A DNA stretch of 64,000 bases from Candidatus Woesebacteria bacterium (GCA_020060105.1 JAGVAV010000023.1:14905-78904), one strand, 5' to 3'; shown: positions 1 through 9,233, numbered from the stretch's first letter. Translations and numbers: made by a program. Notes: generated by a model from the sequence alone, not told the origin.

Positions 1-1873
1 TAATCAAGTAGAAGTCCTTCTGTTTAAGCAAGCAATTGCTCAAGGATGGGATTGCCCGAGAGCAGCTATTTTATTACTTCAAAGAGAGTGGAACGCTGAA
101 AATTATGAATTTAACATCCAAACTCTTGGCCGAATAATGCGCATGCCAGAACAAAAGCACTACCAGAACCTCGTTTTAAACATTGGATACGTCTATACAG
201 CCTCTGATAACTTCAGTATTGTTGAAGATTTAGCCAAGGATTATGTAAGCAGAGTCCAAATGCTTAGGAACAATCAAATCTACAAACCAATTTTTCTACC
301 AAGTGAGTTTATAAGAAGAAAACGAGAAGTAACAAGGCTTTCAGGAAAATTTAAAGATTGTTTACTTGAAGCTAGTCAAGAAATAGACATGAGCAACAAA
401 ATCAACACAGGTATAGCTCAATTTAAAAAGGATATTGGGTTGGAAGGAACTCTTTCAAATATTAACAGGCTTCAGGAAGTTGAGTTTAGTTCTGTCGGAC
501 AAATATCGAAAGGTAGAGAAGAGGTTTTTTCTGAATATTCAAGTTTCCTTGCATCTCATACTTCACCATTTTCTAAAGCACGTTCAACCGAAATCTTAAA
601 AAGCAGTATGCGATCTTTGTTTAAACGAACTTTTGGAATAAGCAATGAGGATGAAATAGCCAATATTGTTATTAATCCAGTAAACAAAGATGCTTTCATC
701 GATCTTATCGACAAAGCTAAAGAAAAATATAAGTATCTACCAGAAAGAGAAGACGTTATTGTCACAGAGAAAGAATGGCAGATTCCAGAAAGTCTCAGTA
801 TTTTCGACAATTCTGATAAATTTAACCCTTCACAACGATCAATCATGCAGCCATTTAATGTAAAGGTTGATAAAAATTCTAGACTAAACCTTTCAAAACC
901 TGAAGTAACTTTTATTGAAGAGTTGGAAGGCACTGACAACGATATTCTTTGGTGGTTCAAGAATGGTGACAAAGAAAGCAAGTTCTTCGGAATTGCATAT
1001 AAAAAGGATGCTGGCTACTATGGTTTCTACCCAGATTTTCTTATTCAAACGAAAAAGGAACTTATTATAGTTGAAATAAAAGATAATCGTGATTTCAAAA
1101 ACGAGAACTTGTTAAAACTTAATGCTGGAAAAGAATATAGGAAAAAATATAAAGATTCACGTGGGCTATACTTTTTCATAATATCCCCAGACGATTATTA
1201 TAGATTCTTCCGCTGTTTAAAAGAGCAAGACATTTCCAACTTCAAATCTAAATACGAAGAGAACCTTACAAAATATAATCGAAGCCGTAAGGTTATTTCT
1301 GAAAAAACCAACGATTTATCAAAAGAAGATAAAGAATTATTAGAAATGTATGATGAAGAATTATCCAAAGCAATAAGAAACCTCGAAGATATAAAACTTG
1401 AAAAAGAAATTCTTGAAATTAACTTAAATGAAGCTAAATCAATTATCGATTCACTCAAGAAAAAAGAATCAGAGCTCGTAGAGCTAAAAGTTCCAAAGCC
1501 ATTTAACATTTGTATTTTAGGTGAAGTATCTGATGAAGATGAGGTTAAGAAAAGTTTGATGAGTTATTTCTCAAAATATGGCCTAAAGGCTACCGATTGG
1601 GAAGTAGAATTTTTTAACAACTCCAAATTAAAAAATAGTAACGTGTTAGTAGGATTAAAAAAGGGAAGGAGCCGTTACAGCCTTATCATCACAGGACAAA
1701 TTTACCATCATTCTGGAAAAGATAACCAAAGTGCAAACCTAGTTACTGAATTAAAAAAGCCACAATATATCGACTCGATAATTGGAAGTTCCCCAACAGA
1801 TCCATTAACACCCTCAAGCATGGTTGAAATGCTGGACCAGTACCTTTCGCCAGCAAGCTATGTTACAGCCTAA
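1..1873 (+). CDS. res: Type III restriction enzyme Res subunit (5'-truncated): SF2 helicase C-terminus, PD-(D/E)xK nuclease and C-terminal extension
   Basis: The frame is open from nt 2: FKQAIAQGWDCPRA (motif V) and QTLGRIMR (motif VI); nuclease motif FYPDF..IIVEIKD preceded by WWFKNG. Confidence 0.8.
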   Translation, partial: NQVEVLLFKQAIAQGWDCPRAAILLLQREWNAENYEFNIQTLGRIMRMPEQKHYQNLVLNIGYVYTASDNFSIVEDLAKDYVSRVQMLRNNQIYKPIFLPSEFIRRKREVTRLSGKFKDCLLEASQEIDMSNKINTGIAQFKKDIGLEGTLSNINRLQEVEFSSVGQISKGREEVFSEYSSFLASHTSPFSKARSTEILKSSMRSLFKRTFGISNEDEIANIVINPVNKDAFIDLIDKAKEKYKYLPEREDVIVTEKEWQIPESLSIFDNSDKFNPSQRSIMQPFNVKVDKNSRLNLSKPEVTFIEELEGTDNDILWWFKNGDKESKFFGIAYKKDAGYYGFYPDFLIQTKKELIIVEIKDNRDFKNENLLKLNAGKEYRKKYKDSRGLYFFIISPDDYYRFFRCLKEQDISNFKSKYEENLTKYNRSRKVISEKTNDLSKEDKELLEMYDEELSKAIRNLEDIKLEKEILEINLNEAKSIIDSLKKKESELVELKVPKPFNICILGEVSDEDEVKKSLMSYFSKYGLKATDWEVEFFNNSKLKNSNVLVGLKKGRSRYSLIITGQIYHHSGKDNQSANLVTELKKPQYIDSIIGSSPTDPLTPSSMVEMLDQYLSPASYVTA

Positions 1874-1979
1874 TAACTTAAGAATTGTTAAAGCTGGGAA
1901 TGTAGATATAGCCGTTGTAACTTTGAACTGCAGTTCTAACGTTGTCTACAGTTTGCAGCCACTCGACCTCTTTGAAGAA

Positions 1980-2016
1980 TAGGTGTGAACCTAACACACC
2001 CGGAGGGTGTGAAACC
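1980..2016 (+). repeat. Repeat A copy 1 (TAGGTGTGAACCTAACACACCCGGAGGGTGTGAAACC)
   Basis: Palindromic core CACACCC-GGA-GGGTGTG, identical in the other copies. Confidence 0.95.
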
Positions 2017-2059
2017 AATACTATTGCCACTCAAGCTTCGAAAAAGTATACTTAAAAAG

Positions 2060-2917
2060 ATGGATATTTTGATCTTTGGCACAGTTTGTATCGATCACAA
2101 TGTTACGGAAAGTGGAAAAATTACCTCTTGGGGCGGAACAGGAATGTTTATTTCCAAAATTCTCAGTCAACTCCCTCAAACCAATACAACTGTTATTTGC
2201 AACTACGGTCCTGACTATCTTGAATATCTTAAAGGTATAAATATTTATCCCTTATCACCGAGCGTTCCAAATACTTTAGTTTATGAAAACGTTAGCCAAG
2301 GAAAAACCCGGACTCAAAAAGCCTTATTTCGAGACAATTCCGAACCAGTGGAAATTACTCAAGATTTGAAATCAAAAATTGAAAATGCTCATATCATTTT
2401 CTTTGCCCCGCTGTTACCAAATCTTTCTACTGCTTATATCCACAAAGTGACGCAGCTTGCCAACAAAGAAAGTCTAAAAGTCCTTTTACCGCAAGGATAT
2501 TTTAGAAGCTTTGATAGTGAAGATAATGTCATACCACGAGACTTTCAGGAAGCGGCAGAAATGCTCCCTCTGGTAGATTTTGCCATCATCTCGGATCAAG
2601 ACACACAAGATGTGGATAATGTAGCACAAAACTGGGCGGAAAAAACAGGCGTTCAGGTTATTGTCACTAGGGGAGAGGATGGAGCAAGTATTATCTCTAA
2701 AGAAGAGAGCCAAGTAGTGCCAACTAAAGCGGTACCTCTGGAGGAAATCGTTGACTCCGTAGGCTCAGGCGATACCTTCAGCGCCGGTTTTGCCTATCAA
2801 TATTATTTAACCAAAGACATTACTAAAAGCCTTCGTTTCGCCAATAAACTAGCTGCCGCAAAACTTTATTTCAAACCAAAAGATATAAAGTTCGACTACG
2901 CAAAACTTCTAGACTAA
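2060..2917 (+). CDS. PfkB/ribokinase-family carbohydrate kinase
   Basis: N-terminal GTVCID..WGG; C-terminal DSVGSGDTFSAGF signature; ATG at 2060 (the longer ORF starts inside the repeat). Confidence 0.85.
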   Translation: MDILIFGTVCIDHNVTESGKITSWGGTGMFISKILSQLPQTNTTVICNYGPDYLEYLKGINIYPLSPSVPNTLVYENVSQGKTRTQKALFRDNSEPVEITQDLKSKIENAHIIFFAPLLPNLSTAYIHKVTQLANKESLKVLLPQGYFRSFDSEDNVIPRDFQEAAEMLPLVDFAIISDQDTQDVDNVAQNWAEKTGVQVIVTRGEDGASIISKEESQVVPTKAVPLEEIVDSVGSGDTFSAGFAYQYYLTKDITKSLRFANKLAAAKLYFKPKDIKFDYAKLLD

Positions 2918-2966
2918 TTCGTCTAGTTTTTTTCAACCTTATCCCAGTTAACTATATTCCAAAACT

Positions 2967-2995
2967 AACCTAACACACCCGGAGGGTGTGAAACC
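2967..2995 (+). repeat. Repeat A copy 2
   Basis: AACCTAACACACCCGGAGGGTGTGAAACC. Confidence 0.95.
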
Positions 2996-3182
2996 ATTAT
3001 CCGTTAGGTCCTATTTGTCTTTTGGAATTTTTTCCTACCGCTCGCTGACGAGATTACCATTTATTGATTATTCATGGACTCCAGGTCAAAGCGTTTAGTT
3101 TATTCAGTTTTAAAGGTATTTTAGAACAAATCTTCTCTAGATTACAAATTCCTGGTACAATAAATCCAGTTTGGAAGAAATT

Positions 3183-3704
3183 ATGAATGAAAATAATCTA
3201 GAAATACTTTCTTTACCTTTGGAAAGTTGGCAAGAGTATAAAGAACTTCGTTTGAGAGCTTTGCAGCGTGAACCCCAAGCGTTTGGATCTAATTATGCCC
3301 GAGAAGTTGAGTATCCAAACGAAAAATGGCAACAAAGAATCCAAGGAGTCATTGATGGTCAAGGTTTGATGCTATTTGCCAGATTAGACGGAAAACTTGT
3401 AGGCATGATTGGAGGATACCAAGATGACGACAATAAACCCCAAAAGAGAATTCAAATTTGGGGGATGTATGTTGATCCAGAAGCTCGCGGTAGAGGAATT
3501 GCAAAAACATTAATGAATAATCTAATTAGCAAAATCCGAGAGAGAGGAGATATTTTAATAGCTAAACTGGAAGTTAACGAAGACCAGGATCCAGCCAAAA
3601 AACTTTATGAGAATATGGGTTTCAAAATTGTTGGCACAAAAACAAGAGCTTTAGGAGATGGTAAAAAGCATCAGTTACTCGAAATGGAACTTGATCTTAT
3701 TTAA
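3183..3704 (+). CDS. GNAT family N-acetyltransferase
   Basis: MYVDPEARGRGIAKTL acetyl-CoA motif A; AKKLYENMGF. Confidence 0.9.
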   Translation: MNENNLEILSLPLESWQEYKELRLRALQREPQAFGSNYAREVEYPNEKWQQRIQGVIDGQGLMLFARLDGKLVGMIGGYQDDDNKPQKRIQIWGMYVDPEARGRGIAKTLMNNLISKIRERGDILIAKLEVNEDQDPAKKLYENMGFKIVGTKTRALGDGKKHQLLEMELDLI

Positions 3705-3777
3705 GTTCACCCAACAGCACTTTTCTAACATACTTTGTGTTACTAGCACTTGTGCTGAGACCTATTGGAATATTAGT

Positions 3778-3803
3778 CTAACACACCCGGAGGGTGTGAA
3801 ACC
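3778..3803 (+). repeat. Repeat A copy 3
   Basis: CTAACACACCCGGAGGGTGTGAAACC. Confidence 0.95.
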
Positions 3804-3811
3804 AGAAACCA

Positions 3812-4423
3812 TCATATTTTCAGCGTTGAAGAAACAAAGTCACAAAGAGGTTTGCCGATAGCTTTTTGCCAAAATTCATCTTGCTCTGACTGTTGCATCT
3901 CTGCAATATATTTACCACTTTCAGGATCAACTTGGAGGGACTCTAAAGGATACCCAGGAACAACTTTAGTGCTGATTTCACTTGTAAATACCCTAGGAGA
4001 AATGATATTTATTTCACCTAACGATCCTTGAGAATTAGCTATACAAACTCCAAATTCCCAATGTCCATTTATTCTTCCTCCCAATCTCTTAATAACTTCA
4101 GAATAATGTCTAAGTAAGTCTTCATCCGTTGGCCTTTTATCTCCATTACCAATCCTCCTAACATTTAGCCCTGGTTGTTGATCATCTGTTAATCCATCCA
4201 AATATAAGGCATTATCCATCGAGAGAATTGTCTGATTTAAAGCTTCTGCATAAGCTATAGCCTTCTTTCTAGCGTTCTCTATGGCTGTTTGACCGTCTTC
4301 ATCAACCTTGGGTAATAAATCCTTATTCTCTACACCTTTTACAGAAATATTAAGGGGAGCTAATGCACCAAGAATCTGTTTAACCTTAGCTTCATTGGTT
4401 GTCCCGACAATAATTTCTATCAT
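3812..4423 (-). CDS. HAM1/ITPase-like non-canonical NTP pyrophosphatase (divergent)
   Basis: GTTNEAK; EDGQTAIENARKKA; SMDNALYLDGL..QPG. Confidence 0.75.
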   Translation of the reverse strand: MIEIIVGTTNEAKVKQILGALAPLNISVKGVENKDLLPKVDEDGQTAIENARKKAIAYAEALNQTILSMDNALYLDGLTDDQQPGLNVRRIGNGDKRPTDEDLLRHYSEVIKRLGGRINGHWEFGVCIANSQGSLGEINIISPRVFTSEISTKVVPGYPLESLQVDPESGKYIAEMQQSEQDEFWQKAIGKPLCDFVSSTLKI

Positions 4424-4485
4424 TTCCTTTAATCCTGATAATCTTGAATATATCTTTCAAAATCCTCCACAGTTTGGACATAAAC

Positions 4486-5028
4486 TCATTCGAGTTCCTC
4501 TTTCTTTAACATCATTAAATACTTTTCCTCTTTTTCTGGTGGAACTTGAGTAGTTCTAAAATGTTTAAAGCCTACTTTTTCGTAAGATTTGATTGCTCTT
4601 ATATTCTTTAATTCTGGATCGACTATACAGGCACTTATTTCCCCTCTAACAAAAACAATCTCTTTAAGAAATTTTCTTAACATCCTACTACCCAAACCTT
4701 TACCCACAAACATCTGCTCGCCAATAAATAAATCTACACCGGCAATTCCCTCAGTACTTATATTTAACTGCAGAGAATAATCTGGGTAATCGCTTATTTT
4801 ATAAGTCTGAATAAAACCAAAAAGAGAATTTTCGTAGTAAACGATGTAACAATCAGTCGGTTCTTTTCCTTCAATACGAGGATTATATTTTTTAACGAGA
4901 GAATCAATATCACTTGCTTCGTCTCGCCCATACCATTCCTTTACAAAAGGTTCATTCAGCCATTTATGAAGCAGCGATAAATCATCAACTCGTAATCTTC
5001 GAAAAGAAATTTTATTTTCGTTCTGCAT
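4486..5028 (-). CDS. GNAT acetyltransferase, AAC(6')-like
   Basis: WLNEPFVKEWY; GVDLFIGE..GKGLGS; VDPELKNIRAIKSYEKVGF. Confidence 0.8.
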   Translation of the reverse strand: MQNENKISFRRLRVDDLSLLHKWLNEPFVKEWYGRDEASDIDSLVKKYNPRIEGKEPTDCYIVYYENSLFGFIQTYKISDYPDYSLQLNISTEGIAGVDLFIGEQMFVGKGLGSRMLRKFLKEIVFVRGEISACIVDPELKNIRAIKSYEKVGFKHFRTTQVPPEKEEKYLMMLKKEELE

Positions 5029-5068
5029 GAGTTAAGTATACCAATTTTCTCAAACAGTAATGAGTAGG

Positions 5069-5112
5069 GTAGTGGGGTAAGCACTAAAGTCGTAGGTTCT
5101 AAACATGTTGAC
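5069..5112 (+). repeat. Repeat B copy 1 (GTRGTGGGGTAAGC-N11-AGGTTCTAAASATGTTGAC)
   Basis: Matches 7947-7990 with the same 11-nt spacer length. Confidence 0.85.
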
Positions 5113-5194
5113 CCCGGTTCAATCAAATCCCAATCAATCTTGGTTGACTACAGTCTGAATTACCAATCTGATCGCATAGTGATATAATACTTGC

Positions 5195-5533
5195 ATGATT
5201 ATTATCAAATCCGAACCTTACCTTCGGGAAGAAATAGAAAAACTTAAAGAACAGTTTGACGTTTATGTTAAAACAGTAATCGATGTTGAGAAAAAAGTTT
5301 GCTCGGCGGGAATGGGCAGGCACTATGAAGGTGAGGAGATCTTGATAAAACAAGGTTCGAAACAAAACGATATCTGGGGCGGGGGAGTCGATTTAGAAAC
5401 AAAAACAGTTGATTTTAACTCATTTATTAATATCAGGCCAAATCAAAGTAATCCCAGTAATGAAATCCTTGATCCAGTTTTAAGAAAAAAATATGAAGAT
5501 TTAACGAGGTATTTTTTCAAGGAAGTATTATGA
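5195..5533 (+). CDS. DUF5674 family protein
   Basis: VKTVIDVEK..H..E.LI.QGS.QNDIWGG..SFINIRP.Q.N.S.EI. Confidence 0.75.
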   Translation: MIIIKSEPYLREEIEKLKEQFDVYVKTVIDVEKKVCSAGMGRHYEGEEILIKQGSKQNDIWGGGVDLETKTVDFNSFINIRPNQSNPSNEILDPVLRKKYEDLTRYFFKEVL

Positions 5534-5832
5534 CTAGACAAGAGTTCGACACGTTAAACACCCTTGCTGCATTAGCTTTAGACTTAAAAAGAGCTTCTCT
5601 TGGAATTCACCGCGGGTCTATCCAAATGGCCAGACAGTTTGAAAAACAAGCCATGAATAGAAAAAACGAGATAAATCAAAATTACCTGAAAACGTATCTC
5701 CAACGCACCCTTAAGAAAACAGAGGAATCACTCCATTGTTCTGATGAAAAAAAGAAAGCCGAAGACCTTCTCACTTACAGCGTTATTTTCCAAAACTATG
5801 CCCAAAAGGCCCTGGCAGTAGAAATAAAATAA
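5530..5832 (+). CDS. Small helical hypothetical protein, coupled to DUF5674 by an ATGA overlap
   Basis: 100-aa ORF with 4-nt overlap. Confidence 0.65.
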   Translation: MTRQEFDTLNTLAALALDLKRASLGIHRGSIQMARQFEKQAMNRKNEINQNYLKTYLQRTLKKTEESLHCSDEKKKAEDLLTYSVIFQNYAQKALAVEIK

Positions 5833-5836
5833 ACCT

Positions 5837-6361
5837 ATGACACAAAAACCAATCCAATATTTATTAGTGGGTCTCCCTTACTCGGGAAAGACTACATTAG
5901 CGAAAGAGCTAGTTAGTAGATTAGGATTTGCCTATATTAATATAGGCCAACTTAAGTGGGATAAGGGATATTCTGATGTTGGGGACGATGATGTCCCTGA
6001 TAAAGTATGGAAAGAAATCTTTGAAAAGGCGGATAAATTAATCCTTAAGTATTTAAACGAAGGAAAAAATCTGGCAAATGAGTATGCCTGGGTAACCAAG
6101 AAATGGAGAGACAGAGCAAGGAAAGTTGTCGCAAACGCAGGATTTGAAACAAGAACCATTTACCTGAAGATACCAGTAGAGGAAGTAAATAGAAGGTGGA
6201 TAGAAAACATTAAGACTAAAAATCACTTTCATTGGCCTAAAGATGAATTTAATAATTACTTAAGGGATTTTGAAGAACCAACTTTGGAAGAAAATGTGAT
6301 ATTGTATGATCAATCTATTCCTTTTGATAATTGGGTAAAGAAAAATAACTTTTATGGATGA
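5837..6361 (+). CDS. P-loop kinase (AAA_33-like)
   Basis: Walker A GLPYSGKTT; FEEP..EE tail. Confidence 0.8.
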   Translation: MTQKPIQYLLVGLPYSGKTTLAKELVSRLGFAYINIGQLKWDKGYSDVGDDDVPDKVWKEIFEKADKLILKYLNEGKNLANEYAWVTKKWRDRARKVVANAGFETRTIYLKIPVEEVNRRWIENIKTKNHFHWPKDEFNNYLRDFEEPTLEENVILYDQSIPFDNWVKKNNFYG

Positions 6362-6896
6362 TTTAAGAACGGTAGTAAATCAAATCGTTAGTAAAAGTGT
6401 GGAGTTAAAAAATAAATATACCGAAGAAAAAACCGCTCCCGTAGAGTTTGCTTGCATTTTTTGCCAAACAGACGAAGAATATAAAAAATTTACTGATGAA
6501 GTTAAAGAACTAGGAAAAGTGGTTGAAGATACTCCAACGGGATTTACTTATTTATTAAGTGAACCTCTTCAAACTATTGCCGGCCCTTTAAGCCTAGTAA
6601 AAATAAGAATGCCTGAAAAATCAAGGAAAGAAAGAGGGGACGCTGACTTCAATACAAACTATTCAGAATTTAAAAATAAATATTTAAACCAGCCAAATTT
6701 TGAGTTAATTAAGCGAGACAACTTTGAAATGCTGCGATTATCGGAACCAGGCAACAATGTTATGGTCTGCTTCTCAAATACCCCTAAGAGCAAACTTTTC
6801 GGCATCCCCACTCAAGAGGAGAATCAGTTAAAATATTCCTTCAAACGGTACGAAGATTTCTTTCCGGAACTCTTTGAACAAGAGAAAAAAGACTAA
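6354..6896 (+). CDS. Hypothetical protein; its C-terminus is the GrpB N-terminus (frameshifted fusion)
   Basis: Ends KYSFKRYEDFFPELFEQEKK, typical of a GrpB start; A6 run at 6885-6890. Confidence 0.65.
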   Translation: MDDLRTVVNQIVSKSVELKNKYTEEKTAPVEFACIFCQTDEEYKKFTDEVKELGKVVEDTPTGFTYLLSEPLQTIAGPLSLVKIRMPEKSRKERGDADFNTNYSEFKNKYLNQPNFELIKRDNFEMLRLSEPGNNVMVCFSNTPKSKLFGIPTQEENQLKYSFKRYEDFFPELFEQEKKD

Positions 6897-7336
6897 GCGA
6901 CTTTTTGCCCGAACCTTATCGAATTGAGCATGTCGGCAGTACAGCCGTAGTTGGATTAGGAGGTAAAGGAATAATCGATATTTTGATCTCCGTTCCTAGA
7001 GAGAAAATGGGTGAGTATTCATCAAAATTACGAGAAGCTGGATATGTTTTTAGCCCTCAAGCATGTACAAAAGACAGATATTTTTACAAGCAGGATATAG
7101 AAACTGCCAAATATCGGACCAGAAGATTTCACATACACCTTACTTACCCGAGTAGTCAAGACGAACAAGAAACTTTGGCCTTTAGGGATTATCTTCGAAA
7201 CCACCCGGAAGAGGTAAAAAGATATTCCGATATTAAGGAAGAGGCAGGAGCTTTAGATAACGTTAACAAAAAAACGTACTGGGCCAAAAAGGAACCTGTG
7301 TTTCGAGATATTCTGTCGAAGGCGTTAAAAGAATGA
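6885..7336 (+). CDS. GrpB (UPF0157) nucleotidyltransferase-like domain in the -1 frame
   Basis: IEHVGSTAV.GLGGKGIIDI; HIHL; FRDYLRNHPE..Y..IK. Confidence 0.8.
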
Positions 7337-7357
7337 GTAATATGGTATAAATTAGTT

Positions 7358-8017
7358 ATGAATATCGAATTTGAAGCCACATTTCCAAACGTTGATAAAG
7401 ATAAAATTAGAGAAAAACTACGAAAGATAAATGCACAGTTAGTCAAACCTGAATTGTTACAAAAAAGGTCCGTCTATCGTTTACCTTCGGGACATGAAAT
7501 TAATGGAGGCTGGTTAAGAGTGAGAGACGAGGGAGATAAGGTTACAATGAGTTTAAAAGTAGTAGACGGCGACAAAATAGAAAACCAAAAAGAAGTTTGT
7601 TTGACTGTAGATAATTTTAAACAAGCAGAGTTACTTTTAATTACAATAGGTTGCGAGAAAAAAGCGTACCAAGAAAGCAAAAGAGAGCTATGGAAATTTG
7701 ATAATGTTGAAATTACTATCGATGAGTGGCCGTTTCTTGAGCCATTTGTAGAAATAGAAGGAAAGTCAAAACAAGAAGTAAAGAAAGTTTCGGAATTACT
7801 TGGTTTTGAATTTAATAAAGCGTTATTTTGTGCCGTAGATACTCTATACAGCCAAAAATACGCAATTTCAAAAGACTGGATCAATAACAAAACACCCTCA
7901 ATTGTTTTTAATGAAGAAAACCCTTTCTTAAACAATAGTAAGTTGAGTGGTGGGGTAAGCCTCCCATTTAAAGGTTCTAAAGATGTTGACACAGACAACC
8001 ATTCGACTTCGTCCTGA
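7358..8017 (+). CDS. CYTH-domain (class IV adenylate cyclase-like) protein
   Basis: ExE start (IEFEATF); WLRVRDEG; KRELW; IDEWP..FVEIEG. Confidence 0.85.
   Translation: MNIEFEATFPNVDKDKIREKLRKINAQLVKPELLQKRSVYRLPSGHEINGGWLRVRDEGDKVTMSLKVVDGDKIENQKEVCLTVDNFKQAELLLITIGCEKKAYQESKRELWKFDNVEITIDEWPFLEPFVEIEGKSKQEVKKVSELLGFEFNKALFCAVDTLYSQKYAISKDWINNKTPSIVFNEENPFLNNSKLSGGVSLPFKGSKDVDTDNHSTSS
7947..7990 (+). repeat. Repeat B copy 2
   Basis: GTGGTGGGGTAAGC-ctcccatttaa-AGGTTCTAAAGATGTTGAC. Confidence 0.85.
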
Positions 8018-8113
8018 GTAAAATCGAGGGACTTCGTTCATAGTCTTTGACCACTTGTTAACAACGGCAACTTTATATCTTTCACAAGTCGAATGTCTCG
8101 AGCGAAGTCGAGA
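8000..8113. repeat. REP-like palindromic element
   Basis: Inverted repeat CATTCGACTT (8000-8009)/AAGTCGAATG (8086-8095) plus hairpin TCTCGA-gcgaag-TCGAGA. Confidence 0.6.
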
Positions 8114-8199
8114 GGCCATATCATTTTATCTTGTCCTATCTAGAAAACAAAATACTTAGAAATAAAACAGGCGTGAAAACCACCTCAACATGTTTATAA

Positions 8200-8228
8200 T
8201 TGACTTACTGCTTTGTCTTCAGTATAAT
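8200..8228 (+). promoter_or_regulatory. Sigma70-type promoter
   Basis: TTGACT-17-TATAAT upstream of a G-run SD and a 38-codon ORF (8257-8373). Confidence 0.6.
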
Positions 8229-8327
8229 CTCAACTACAATAAACGAGGGGGGGGGAATGAACACTCAAACGACTTCAACAACGCTGTGGAAGCATCTCCT
8301 AAGCAACGCTAAAACTCCCAAAACCTT

Positions 8328-8361
8328 ACCGTCATTTTTCCACAAATGGCGGTCTTTCTTT
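8328..8361 (+). terminator. Intrinsic terminator
   Basis: ACCGTCATTT..AAATGGCGGT followed by CTTTCTTT. Confidence 0.55.
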
Positions 8362-8565
8362 AATATCCCTTGAAGTAAACTAAATCTGCAAGAAAGCTTA
8401 AAAATCAACCGTCAACATTACTTAACCACATTTGAGAAAGACCCAAGAAAAAATCTCTAAGTAAGAATAATCTTTATCACAAGGTAAGGAGACTAACCTG
8501 CTAGAATGTTGTAAACACTCCAAGAAAAAACTATTTTTATCTTTAGTTCCCTTTGGTGATCGTCT

Positions 8566-9114
8566 ATGGATCAAAATATCCAACCCTTTGACTTACAACG
8601 CATGTTTTTTGGAGACTATCCTCTGCTTTTCCTACTGGAAGTCCTCTTCAGAACAGCCTTCATGTACCTTTATATGCTGCTAGCTTCCAGATTTCTTGGA
8701 AAACGAGGAGTCGGACAGCTTACTCCATTCGAATTTATTATCGTTATCGTCTTAGGCTCGGCGGCAGGGGACCCGATGTTTTATCCTCAGGTATCTCTGC
8801 TCCAGGGAGTAGCCGTCATAACAGTCGTAGTATTGCTCGAAAAGGTAATTGCCGAACTATCTCAAAGAAACAAGAAGCTGGAACATATCATACAGAGCAC
8901 CCCACAACTTTTAGTCAAAAACGGACAAGTTCTGGATAAAGCTTTAAATGAATCTGGACTAACCAAACAAGAGCTGTTAATGCAGCTTCGAACGGAAAAC
9001 ATAAGAGATATCGGTGAGGTAGAATACGCTTACCTTGAACCGATGGGAAAACTAAGCGTTTTTAAGCTAGAAGGGGGGAAAGAAAAGAAAGTAGAAACTA
9101 CTCTCCCACAATAA
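8566..9114 (+). CDS. DUF421/YetF membrane protein
   Basis: RFLGKRGVGQLTPFEF; P.LLVKNGQ; EVEYAYLEPMGKLSV. Confidence 0.85.
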   Translation: MDQNIQPFDLQRMFFGDYPLLFLLEVLFRTAFMYLYMLLASRFLGKRGVGQLTPFEFIIVIVLGSAAGDPMFYPQVSLLQGVAVITVVVLLEKVIAELSQRNKKLEHIIQSTPQLLVKNGQVLDKALNESGLTKQELLMQLRTENIRDIGEVEYAYLEPMGKLSVFKLEGGKEKKVETTLPQ

Positions 9115-9130
9115 CCATTAGATAATATTA

Positions 9131-9157
9131 TGAACCTAACACACCCGGAGGGTGTGA
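9131..9157 (+). repeat. Repeat A copy 4
   Basis: TGAACCTAACACACCCGGAGGGTGTGA. Confidence 0.95.
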
Positions 9158-9233
9158 GTGCAAGTTGTCAATAGTTCCAGCTTAGGTCAATTTGTTTGTT
9201 GAATCCATTTTTCCCTAAAACTAAAATTCCAGC

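Noticed and set aside
1902-1951. attC site after res (TGTAGA..GAACTGCAGTTC..TCTACA)
   Set aside because: The palindrome is imperfect, lacks correctly placed R''/R' boxes and is single copy.
1985-2059. N-terminal 'LTHPEGVKP' extension of PfkB, and ORF 3658-3861
   Set aside because: These are translations of repeat A; the PfkB fold starts at ATG 2060.
5089-5131. tRNA gene (GTCGTAGGTTC..GGTTCAATC)
   Set aside because: No cloverleaf, acceptor stem or anticodon arm can be formed.
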